Shown here in pieces: positions 9,426-21,346 of a stretch of 36,302 nucleotides of DNA. Positions within the stretch are counted from its first letter, which is position 1. Each line of letters starts with the position of its first letter. The DNA is from Parvularia atlantis. Its lineage: Eukaryota. The notes under the pieces were generated by a model. The model was not told the origin of the DNA and did no database searches. It saw nothing but the letters and a program-made list of their open reading frames with translations. The position numbers and the translations under genes are program-made. The stretch is from contig CALSCO010000161.1 of assembly GCA_943704415.1 (NCBI GenBank), positions 1 through 36,302 on the forward strand. The letters are read 5' to 3'.

Positions 9426-12400
9426 TTAGCCGAACAGCGACGTCAGACTCTGCACGTTCGGTCAGCAAGCGCGTGATGCAACGGCAAGCTGCGGCATGTA
9501 CCTTCCAGAAGGACGGCGACGCCTGCTGGCGCGCCTGCTCCTGGCGCATGAGCTCGTCGATGATGCCCAACAGCGCCGCCGTCCACGCGTCGGCCTGCAA
9601 GCGCACGTCACACACGTGTCTGCCTTGCGTGGCCAGACGGGCGCACCTCGGCTGCCGACGCTGCCCGCAACGTGATCAAGAACTGCTCGCCGTGCAGCTG
9701 CACGAGCTCGCCCTCGCCGCGCTGGATGCTGAATGCGCTCTCGAACAACAGCGACCCTGCGCACCGCACGTCGGCCAAAGCGGGCAGGCGAGTGCGGTGC
9801 GCACCCTTGAGGCGGTACGTGCGGCCCTTGTCGGTCGTGAAGATGAGCATGTCGCTCAGCAGGAGGCATGTGTATGTCTTGCCGACGGTCAGCCCGAGCG
9901 GCCGCTTCGGGTCCTGTGCGACGCGGGGTCAGGGCCATGCGCAGCTCACACGGGCGTGGGCCACCTCGGACTGCTTCTGCGCCTTGACCGCGCTCGCGAT
10001 GACGCGCTCCAGCGCCTGCATCGCGCACGGGTCAGCGGGGCAACAACGCGACACACCGACGCACCTTCTCCCACTTGGCCACCTCGTCCTTGCTCGCGGC
10101 ATCCTCGGCGCGCAGCAGATACACCCGGCCCTGCCCAGCACGTCAGCCCGCGGTGTGCTGAGCAGGCACGGCGCACCGGCGTCTGCAGCGCGATCCACGG
10201 CGAGTCTGCGCTTCCGTAGCCGTGCTTGCGCCGCTCCTCCTCGCTCAGCAGCCGGCACGACCCGTCGATCTCCACGAGGCCCTTGAACTTCTCCTTGGCC
10301 GTCTACAGCCACGCCAGGTGAGCGTCCGGCACGCCCATGCGAGCGCACGCACCGTGTCGTCCTCGTAGTACGCCAGGCGGTGAAAGTTGAGCACAAAGAA
10401 GCGCTTGTGCCACGTCTTGACCCGCCCTGCGCACGCCCACGTTAGCTGCCGGCAGCACAAAACAGCGAACGTCGCTCGCACCGCCCTGCTTGACCATCCA
10501 GCCCTTGTAGACGGGCTTGCTGCGGTCTGCGGACGCTGTGTGAGCGCCGCGCACGAGGCTAGTGGTGCACGCACCCTCCTCGTCCCTAGCGTCCGCGCCG
10601 GCAAAGAGGCTCATGAAGTTGAACGTGGCCGACGACGGCACGGGGGCCGCTCCGCCGTCCTTGGGCGACGAGGGCTGACGGGGCCACGCGGACGGTCAGA
10701 CAGCCGCACCGCAAGCAGACCCACGCGCGCACCTTCGACCCTGGGATGCGCTCGGCCGCGACGAGCGTCAGCACGCCCTCGCGCAGCAGCCGACGGTGCG
10801 GCTGCGCCAGCGGTTGCTGAGGATGTGCGCAGTAGTAAGACAGTGCACAGGCACGAGCATGCATGCGCACGTCAAAGGTGCCGTCGATCTTGGCCTGCAG
10901 CGCCGCGAGCGCGCGCATGTTTTCCTTGTCGCGTTGCTGCGCGCACGTCTGGCGTAAGTGCACCGTCCCTCGCACCGCACACGGGGGGACGCACGGCCTC
11001 GTTGATGTCGCTCGCGATGCGCTCGATGCGCGCCTTGGCGTCGGTCAGCAGGCGGAAGTCGGCGTGCGACGGCTCGGTGAACTTGAGCAGTTCCTGCGCG
11101 ACGCACCGTTGAGGGCCACGAAGCACACGCGGCACACGCGCACCGTCAGCAGCAGCACGTAGCGCGGGATGCGTTGCACGGGCATGATCAGGTAGCCCGT
11201 CAAGTCGATCTGCGTGTGCCGCGGCGAGCGCTTGGCCTCCTGCAGCACCTGCTCGAACGTCCTGTTTGTCTTGCGCAGCGTCTGCCACCGCTCGTTCGCC
11301 TGTCGTCGCGCGCGTCGGTCCATGAGCGACGCGCAGCCAGCAGCACCTGGTCGTAGTTGGTCACGTAGTCGATGTAGACGCGCAGCTCCTCGGCCTGCGT
11401 TGCGCGGCGCACGTTGAGCGATCGCGGTCGGGACGGCGCGCCGGACGCACGTGCTGCACAAAGACGTCGCCGATCGTCGTCGCGGGCGTCCAGCGGTGCT
11501 GCGGGCGCAGGTAAGCGACGAGGGGCAGCGACGAGGACACGGCGCACCGTGCGCGCACGGAACTCGGCCAGGAACACCTTGCCGTAGGCGCCGGCGCGAT
11601 CAGCAGCACACGAGCGAGCGCCGAAGGGCGCGCACCCTGGCGTGGTACGCGAGGATCGCCTGCCACTTGGAGAAGACGCAGGCGACGTCGTCCGCCGCCA
11701 CGCCCTTGCCCTGCAGCGGCGCGATGTAGAGCTCGGCCACGGCCTGCATGCTCGCGACGTAGCTCTCCTCCGTCTCGCACAGCTCCTGCGCGATGCGCTG
11801 CCGCCGCTCGCCGCGCTTCGCGAGCTGCTCGGGCTGTGCGTCAGCGCCGTCGTCAGCAGCGATCGCAGCCCGCGCCGGACACCGCGACAACCGTCAGCGC
11901 CGACCCGGCCTCGAGCGACTGGCCGAGACCCATTCAGACACAACCAAAAACGACACATGGAAGGCGCAGGTGCACAGGCAGGCGAGGTTCCTGGACAGGC
12001 TGACGAGCTGCGGCGCGGCCAGCTGTGCCGGTGCGTGCGCGGATGAGTGCGGTGCGCGTCGTCGATGCCCTCCGTCCGAGTCTTGCGCATCGACCGGAGC
12101 CCGTGCGCGGAGGTGTCAGCGGTGCAGCACACGCCCGGGCGGGCGACGCACTGGGGAAGCTGCGACGGCGGCGTGGAGGCGGTAGTAGACGCACACGAAG
12201 CCGTGGCGCTGGTAGTAGTAGTAGTAGTCGAAGTAGTAGTAGAAGAACTTCTGCGTGTGCGCGCTCGCTGTCAGCGCACGACCGGGCTCAAGCACACGAC
12301 GCGCAAGCACAAAGCGGCGGCAGCAGCAGCGGCGGCGACGACCCGGTCCTGGCGCTCGCGCGCGGCCTTAACCAGCCCAGCGTCGGCTCTCATCCGCTTG

Positions 12401-12462
12401 CTGCTGATCTTGGCGTGGGATGGGCGGCACGATGTGCGGCGGCGACGTCTCCAGCGGCTCAT
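9426..12462 (-). CDS. Rho guanine-nucleotide exchange factor (DH domain followed by PH domains); 5' end uncertain, ~20 introns
   Basis: RRQRIAQELCETEESYVASMQ...YIDYVTNYDQA...LTGYLIMPVQRIPRYVLLLTELLKFT (DH). KGWMVKQGGRVKTWHKRFFVL (PH). Last exon SLTSLFG* with stop at 9426-9428. Upstream low-complexity exons not resolved. Confidence 0.85.
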
Positions 12463-12596
12463 CCACGTCCCTGAGGCCGCGGCGCGCGGTCAGCGACTGG
12501 GCACTGCGCGGCAGGGCAGCACGCACATGGGCGCCTGGCCAGAGGTCGCGGGCTCCTACTCGTCCGCCGGCTGCGCGTGACCGCGGCGCTCTGGTT

Positions 12597-12711
12597 CGCG
12601 GCGCAGAACGGGCAGATCGACCGCGTGCGGCCCACAGCGCGGCGCACAACGGGCAGATCGACCGCGTGCGGCCCACAGCGCGGCGCACAACGGGCAGATC
12701 GACCGCGTGCG
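12597..12711. repeat. 41-bp tandem repeat, ~2.8 copies
   Basis: AACGGGCAGATCGACCGCGTGCG starts at 12607, 12648 and 12689. Confidence 0.95.
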
Positions 12712-12773
12712 ACGCGCCATCGACCGCATCCGGCGCACCTTCGTCGTCCATCCACGTGGACTTTGCGAACCGA

Positions 12774-14342
12774 ATGGAGTCGGCCACGTGGATCGCGGCC
12801 GTTCACGTCGCGACGGCGCTGCTGTGCTTCGTGTGTGCTGTGTGCTGCGTGCTGCGTGCTGCGTGCTGCGTCTCACGGTGGCGTGATGAAAGGTCGTGCC
12901 TGGCACCGTCATCGATGGCTACGTGCTCGACCGCCCCGGCGGCCGCCCGCTGCGCTACAAGCTCAACGCGCTCACGGTGCTCCTGATCGAGGCCACGCTG
13001 TTTGTGGGCCTGGTGCGCGCGGGCCGTTTGCGCACGCGGACGGCAGGTCGGACCTGCTTACGATCGGCACGTGCGCACAGGCGCTGGGCGGGCTGATCGA
13101 CGGCGCGTTCCTCGCGACAAACGCGTGGATGAACCTGGCCCTTGCGAACGGCATCGCGCTGCTCGTCGTCGTCGCCTTCTACGCGCGCGGCCTGCTCTTC
13201 CCGGCGACGTGCGATGCGGCCTACGTGGCGCCGACAGCGACGACACCCCAGCCGGCCGCATCGCGGGTGCGCAATGAGCACCGAAGCATGCGCGCCCTCA
13301 TCAGCTCACCCCCGCACACGCGCGCAGGTCAAGGGCAGCCCGGTGTACGATTTCTACGTCGGCTTCCAGTTCAACCCGCGCTGGGGCCTGTTTGACGTCA
13401 AGATGTACCTGTACCTGTTTGGTGCGGCGCTGCTCGAGCTGCACGTGCTCTCGGCGGTCTTTGCCCAGCACAAGCATCTGGTGCGCAATGCGTGCACGTT
13501 GAGCCGCGCCCCTCACACGCGGAGCACGCGCAGGGCACGGTCACGCCGGCCATGGCCACCGCGGTCGCGCTCTTGTCGTTCTTCGTGGTCGAGTACACGT
13601 TCCACGAGGTGTGCGCCGCCGCGTCTGCGCTCAGTCGCTGACGTTCACCCGCGCAGCACGTGCACCTGTACACGTACGACTTGTTTGCCGAGAAGATCGG
13701 GTTCAAGCTGGCGTGGGGCTGTCTCGTCTTTTACCCGTTCTTCTACGCCCTGCCCGTGTGGAGCCTCGTCAGCGTGAGCGATCCGGTGCGTGTGCCGCGC
13801 GCCAGCCTGAAGCGAGCTTACCGCGCGCAGGCGCCCACGGCCGTGCTGGTGGTGGCCGCGCTCGTGTTCTTCACGGGCTGGGGCCTGTCGCGCGGCGCCA
13901 ACAACCAGAAGTACTACTTCCGCGTGCGGCCAAAGGTGCGCCTCGCGCTATTCGCTCACACCGCTCTTGACCTATAGCTGACGCAGGACAAGTACCTGTT
14001 CGGCCTGGTGGAGCAGCGCACGGTGCCCGGGTCGCGCGTGCTCTGCTCGGGCTGGTGGGGCCTCGCGCGGCACATCAACTACGCCGGTGTGCACGGGAGC
14101 CGCAGCGCGCGCCCTGTCTCACGCACTTGGTCGCAGGCGAGATCCTGATGGGCGTGGGCATTGCGCTGCCGGCCGGCTTCGCGCTCACGAGCGTCGTGCC
14201 GTGGCTGTACCCGCTCTACTACGTTGCGCTGCTGCTGCCGCGCGAGCGCGAGGACGACCGGATCTGCGCAGCCAAGCACGGCGAGGCGTGGCGGCAGTAC
14301 CGTGCACTCGTGCCGTACCGCATCTTCCCCCTCGTGTACTAG
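12774..14342 (+). CDS. ERG4/ERG24/LBR-family sterol reductase (divergent), ~9 introns
   Basis: YDFYVGFQFNPRWGLFDVKM, RGANNQKYYFR, LCSGWWGLARHINYAGEIL, LLLPREREDDRICAAKHGEAWRQYRALVPYRIFPLVY; multiple transmembrane helices. Confidence 0.88.
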
Positions 14343-14430
14343 CGCGTCTGGCGGACGCGATAGACGACAAGCTGGACAGAGGACGAAGCCTTTGATCAAG
14401 TTGTGACGTCAGTCAGATTGCATCATCACG

Positions 14431-15722
14431 ATGCCGGCGCCGTCGCTGGATGCGTGCCTCAGCTGGCTCGCGGCTGGCGTGCGTGCGCCGTGCGCGTTCG
14501 TGTGGGCCGTGTGCGCATCTGACGTGCGCGTGCGCGTGCGCGTGCAGATGGCCGCGTGCGCGACGTGGCAGCGCGACCAGCGCGATCACGAGGACCTGAC
14601 GCGGCTCAAGATCCACAGCTGGCAATGCGCTGCGCACGTGCCGCCCGTCTCCAACAACCACTGGCGCGTGGCGTGCCGCACGTGCGGCGCCGATCCGAGC
14701 TTCGTCTGCACGTGGCCGGGGTGCGGCGCCGAGACGACGCGCGCCGAGGCGAGCGCGCACGTGTGGCGCCACATCTACGCGGCCTACGTCGACGAGGACG
14801 CGACGCTGCGCGAGTGCGCGTTCAAGCACGCGGGCGTGGCGTGCCTCAACACGAGCAAGAAGCCTGTCGTGCTCGCGTTCCACACGACGTGCCACATCCC
14901 CGTCCCGCTCTTCGCCTGCACGGTCTGCCCGCCGCACCTGTTCCTCAACCTCGACATGCACCGCAAGGACAACAAGGACTGCAACGCGGTGCACCCGCTC
15001 CACATCGGTGCGGATGCGCGTCGTACATGGTCGTGTGCGCATCGCTGACGCGGCCGCTGGTCGTCGCAGGAACCGCCCCACGCTCGATGCAGCCCCAGCT
15101 GCCCACGCCCGCGTCCACGCCCGACATCGAGCCCGTGCACACGCCCAACTCCGTGCCGACGCCCGAGCACCATCAGCACCACAACCATGCGCCCGAGCAC
15201 GAGCACGAGCACGAGCAATACTACCCGTTCCCGCTCTTGAAGGAGGCCATCAGCTCGGGCGCAACGCCGATGGGCATCCTTGAGCTCGACAGCTATGACG
15301 AGCTCGGCCAGACCAACTCGAACGAGCTGATGCAGAGCGCGCTCAAGCAGGACGAGGATCTCGTGACCTATGAGCAGATGCAGGCGCGGCTCAACGAGCT
15401 CATGGACGAGTACAACATGCGGCCGGTGGGTGAGGGGGTGCGCAGGACGCACGACGAGGTCGAGGACGGCAGCGCCGACAGCGACGAGCTGGTGGACCGC
15501 GACATCGTGCCGTTGCTCAGCCTCAGCACGGCCGGCGACATCGCTGAGACGATCTTTGTCGATCTCAACGCTGGCCAGGCCGCCGTCGCCAAGAAGCAGC
15601 GCGTGCGCGGCACGGACCGGCGCTCGTCCAAGCCGGGGCTCATCGCGTACGGCCGGGAGCGGCTGCTGGCGCTGCTGCGACTGCAGGCGCTGCACGCGCG
15701 CCTCCGCGAGATGTGCAAGTGA
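14431..15722 (+). CDS. Uncharacterised protein with C2H2-like zinc fingers and an acidic C-terminal region (exons 14431-14478, 14548-15007, 15070-15722)
   Basis: FVCTWPGC...HVWRH; CAFKHAGVAC...HTTCH; FACTVC...H. In-frame GT-AG splicing; basic AKKQRVR patch. Confidence 0.65.
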
Positions 15723-15805
15723 TACCTTACGCCGTGTTTTTTCTTTTTTGTTCCCCAGAATTCTTGCTTGGCGCCGGCCCGGGCGCCGACATCGCACGCG
15801 ATCGT

Positions 15806-17317
<1,512 letters not shown>

Positions 17318-17734
17318 CGTCGCCATCTGCGCAATGGAAGGAGGAGGAAGTCACGCGGCACGCCGTTCGCCGCGTGGCCGGCGTCGCCCCGGGCGACAGC
17401 GCCAGGCGACCGGTCCCACGCAGCCGGGCCCGACCACGCAGACCAGACAGACAAAGGGAAGCGAGCAGACGAGGGGCGAGCGAGCAAAGGCGCGCAAGAC
17501 GAGGCGAAGGACGGATCGCGCGCGTCCTTCGCCACCATACACTACGCATCAGTGTATGATCAGCGCGGTGCAATGTGGCGTAGCACGGCCACGTCTGTGC
17601 GCTGTCTGCAACATCAGCCGCATGCAGTGTGGCGGGGCACGGCCATGCATTGCGCTTGAGTCGCCTATCGGTGCAAGGCAAGATGCCCGCGGTGGTCGTC
17701 ATGGCGTGAGGCGGCTGACGCGCGCCGCGGGCAG

Positions 17735-18339
17735 ATGTCGTCGCTGCTGGAGCTGGCGCAGCGCGGCGACAACATGCCCGAGATGGAGCAGCAGTGGGCC
17801 GTCAAGGCGCTGCACCACGCCGAGACGTACATGCGCCTGCTGCGCGCCGTGCGCGGCGATGCGATGCACCTCACGCCGTGCGTCTGCCTGCCGATGCGCC
17901 CGTGCTCTGCGTCCTGAATCGCCGTGCGCGCGCGCAGCATCGACAAGGACATTCACGAGCACTTCCGGCGCGTCTTCCCGCACCTGCCCGTGGCGCTGCT
18001 GAACGAGGACGAGATGAAGAGCGCGGCCAACAAGGCCGTGTGGCGCGCGTTCTGCGACCAGGTGCGGCGCGCCTTCATTGCTCCTCATTCGTCGCCCAAC
18101 GAACGGCCGCAGTACAAGACCAAGGTGCAGGACTACCACTTTGGCACGTTGCTGCGTGCGGATGCGGCGCGCGACCTGAGCGAGAGCAACAGCATCCTCG
18201 GTGCGGCCCGCTCGTCGCAGATCGTTCTGCACGTCGCTGATCGCGGGCTGCGCCAGTGCCGCGCGTCATGTTCTACGCCGTCGAGATCGCGCGCAACAAG
18301 GAGGGGCTCAACAACTGGCTGCACGGGACAGCGAGCTGA
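17735..18339 (+). CDS. PBDC1: Polysaccharide biosynthesis domain-containing protein (PBDC1/DUF757-like)
   Basis: NMPEMEQQWAVKALHHAETY, IDKDIHEHFRRVFP, EDEMKSAANKAVWRAFC, VQDYHFGTLLRAD, FYAVEIARNKEGLN. Confidence 0.88.
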
Positions 18340-18364
18340 CCGCCGTTAGGGGGGGGGGGGGGGG

Positions 18365-18634
18365 GCTTCGTGAACTCGTCCTGCCAAGCGCGATCAGCCC
18401 CTCACGCGCACATCGAGGCGCGTACGGCCCGGGTAGCGCACAGGCAGCACAAAGAAAACACGAGCGGCTCACTGCCCGCCCGGCACCGTCAGCACGCTCG
18501 GGTCGGCCACGACGCGCTCGAGCGTCGCCGCGTGCAGGTGGTACTGCTTGCGCCGGCTGATGAATTGCTTCGTGAACTCGTCCTGCCAAGCGCGATCAGC
18601 CCCTCACGCGCACATCGAGGCGCGTACGGCCCGG
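18365..18634. repeat. 68-bp exact direct repeat (18365-18432 and 18567-18634) next to a poly-G tract (18349-18365)
   Basis: GCTTCGTGAACTCGTCCTGCCAAG...CGTACGGCCCGG occurs twice, 202 bp apart. Confidence 0.95.
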
Positions 18635-20210
18635 CGCACCGCGTCCGTCTGACCGTGCAGCAGCGCCGACGCAAGCTGCTCACTCGCCTCGTCCTCGGCC
18701 GCGGCCGCCCGCCGCATCTTGCCGATAATCGTCTCAGGCGCGTATTTCTGCGGGCGGCCGCACGGTCACGCCACGCCACGCGCCGCACGGCCTGCGCACC
18801 AGCGCGTGCTGCTGCATCTCCTTGACCTGGTCCTCGTACTCCATGCGCTGCGCGTTATAGATGTCCTGCTGCTCGGCCGTGGCCGCCTGTTGCGCCGTCA
18901 GCCGCATCTCGGCCTCGATGTTGGCGCCTGCAGTCCGCACGCGTGAGGCCGTCTGCGCACGCACAGCCACCATGCACGCACGCGCGAGCCTCTCGTTGTC
19001 CACACGCAGCTGGTCGCGGTCGGTTCGCATACCCCTGAGCAGGTCCTGCCCAAGGAAAAACATCTCAAGCTCGCTGTTGTCCGCCAGCAGCACCTCGAGC
19101 ACCTCCTCGCTGCCGGCCGCACCGCCGTCAGCTCCACGGCCGCGACAGGTGCACGCACGCGTACGCACGGCTGCTGCTCGAGCACCGGCAGCACGCCGCT
19201 CCAGAGCGGGTACTCCTTCTGCGTCGTGTGCTGGGCAGCGAGCACGGGCTGAGGCAGGTGCTGTCCGCGCCCGTACCCGGGCGGGCCGAGCACCAAAGGC
19301 GACGGCATCGTTGCGGGCTGCACGCTTGCGGCAGACGGCGGCGGCATCACCGACGGCCCGAGCGGCAGGGGAGGTCTGTGCACGCGCGCTCGCGATCGGT
19401 GACTTCAACACGCGCGCCGAGCTCGGCGCGGCGCACGCTGTGTTGCGCCGCATGTCGGGCAGGCTCGCGGCGGGCCCGTCATCGCGCCGGCTGAGCGGGA
19501 GGTACAAGTCCTGCGCGTCACGCCGCGTCAGCGACCGTGCCACGTCACTGCGGCGGCGATGACGCACGTTGGACGCGCTCGAGGGCAGCATCGGCGTGCT
19601 CATGCTCGCGGCGTACGGGATCGACGGGTAGCTGTATCGCGCACACGAGTGAGCAGCGCACACGCGCGCACAGCCGACGCGAGCGCACAGGCCGGCCGAG
19701 GCGGGGAGCGGCGTGGGCGGCCTGCGCTTGAACTCCTCGCCAATCTCCTTGACGATGCGGCCGAGCGACGACTGCGAGCTCCACTGGGCCAGCTTCGGGT
19801 GCCCGCGCACGACCATCGCGGCGTCGATCCAGCCGTGCGCCATCGGCGGGCTGACCTCGATGCGCGGCGGCTCGTCGGGGAACATCGGCGGCAGCAAGCT
19901 GATCGCGCCGCCGTCGCCGTCAGCAACGGCAGCAGCAGCAGCAGCAGCAGCAGCGGCGGCGGCGGCGGCGGCAGCACGACGCACACGCGCAACGTCAGGT
20001 CCGCGCCCGGCACGCCCACGTCGAACCGCGCGTCGCGCTCGACCTCGTTGACAATGACGTTCTCCTTGCGCAGCGACTCGATCTGCTTCTTGCGCCTGTC
20101 GCCCGCGCCGCATCAGCACCGATCGCAGCAGCAGCAAGCAGCCAGGCAGCGGCGACGCACAGCGCCGACGCCTCGGCCGCCGACACGGGCTTCTTGGGCC
20201 GCGCAAACAT
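18469..20210 (-). CDS. VPS37A: ESCRT-I subunit VPS37A-like (N-terminal UEV-like domain, Pro-rich linker, Mod(r) domain)
   Basis: RKKQIESLR...LLPPMFPDEPPRIEVSPPMAHGWID...WSSQSSLGRIVKEI. C-terminus KYAPETIIGKMRRAAAAEDEASEQLASALL...DEFTKQFISRRKQYH. Confidence 0.82.
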
Positions 20211-20310
20211 CCGCCGCGAGCCCAACGACCCGAATCGTGACAAAGTAGGCACGTCACGGTAGTCTTAGCGGCCATTGCGAGGGCGTGGCGGGGAGCGGGT
20301 TTCAGCACGC

Positions 20311-21277
20311 ATGGCGACGGAGAGCGGCGGCAGCGGCGGCAGCGGCATCGTCCCGCAGCTGCAGTGCGTCGCCGTCGTGGCGCGCGACGGCGCGGCGGGG
20401 GCGGCGCCGCTCACGTGCGCGGTGGGCGTGCGCAAAGGAACATCGTCGCCACCGTCAACCTCGAGGCCAAGCTGGACCTGAAGACGGTCGCGATGCACGC
20501 GCGCAACGCCGAGTACAACCCCAAGGTGCGCAGTCGCCGTTGCGCGGGTTTGTGACAGCCGCGCGGTTGTGACACGCGCATGTTACGTCGCGGGGGGTCT
20601 GTGTGACACGCAGCGGTTCTCGGCCGTGATCATGCGCATCCGCGAGCCCAAGACGACCGCGCTTATCTTCGCCTCGGGCAAGATGGTCGTGACCGGCGCC
20701 AAGTCGGAGGACCTGTCGCGCCTGGCCGCGCGCAAGTACGCGCGCATCGTGCAGAAGCTGGGCTTCCCGGTGCGCCGTTGTGACGTCGCGCGTCGCTGCC
20801 GCCGTCTGTCGTGTGTGCTGACGACGCCCGTGACCGTTGCCCTCGTCATCGACCATCGGCGCGACATCGGCACCACCCCCCCCGCAGGCCAAGTTCACCG
20901 ACTTTAAGATCCAGAACATGGTCGGCTCGTGCGACGTCAAGTTCCCCATCCGCCTCGAGGGCCTCGCGTCCGAGCACGGCTCATTCTCGCACGTGCGTGC
21001 CACGCTCGCCTGCTCGCGCCATCAGCGCCCTCAACGGCCACCGACGCGCGCAGTACGAGCCCGAGATCTTCCCCGGGCTGATCTACCGCATGAGCGACCC
21101 CAAGATCGTCCTGCTCATCTTCGTCTCGGGCAAGGTCGTGCTGACGGGGGCAAAGGTGCGCATCACCCCTCGTCGTCGTGCGCCTGCTGATTGTGCCCGT
21201 CGCCGCAGGACCGCGAGCACATCTACCGCGCGTTCGAGAACATCTACCCCGTGCTCGTCCAGTTCCGCAAGGCATGA
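20311..21277 (+). CDS. TBP: TATA-box binding protein, 5 introns
   Basis: [16 protein letters not shown]...[41 protein letters not shown]...[22 protein letters not shown]...[13 protein letters not shown]. Confidence 0.98.
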
Positions 21278-21346
21278 GGCGAGCGCGCTATTTTCTGTAG
21301 AGGCGGGAGGAGCAGCTGTACACATCGACGACCCGCGACCACTCAC

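Noticed and set aside
9855..9885. Suspected frameshift in the RhoGEF PH exon
   Set aside because: Re-reading gives in-frame GKTYTCLLLSDMLIF
12190..12255. Poly-Tyr ORF (KFFYYYFDYYYYYQ)
   Set aside because: Alternative frame of an (ACT)n repeat more plausibly encoding a Ser/Thr-rich RhoGEF segment
12597..12711. 41-bp repeat as a CRISPR array
   Set aside because: Units are contiguous with identical intervening sequence, with no unique spacers and no cas genes, in a eukaryotic context
18346..18365. TTAGGG as a telomeric seed
   Set aside because: Single occurrence produced by TTA abutting a G homopolymer
19929..19975. Poly-Ala/Leu tracts from CTG/CCG repeats (also 4680-4706)
   Set aside because: They lie inside introns and are ordinary microsatellites
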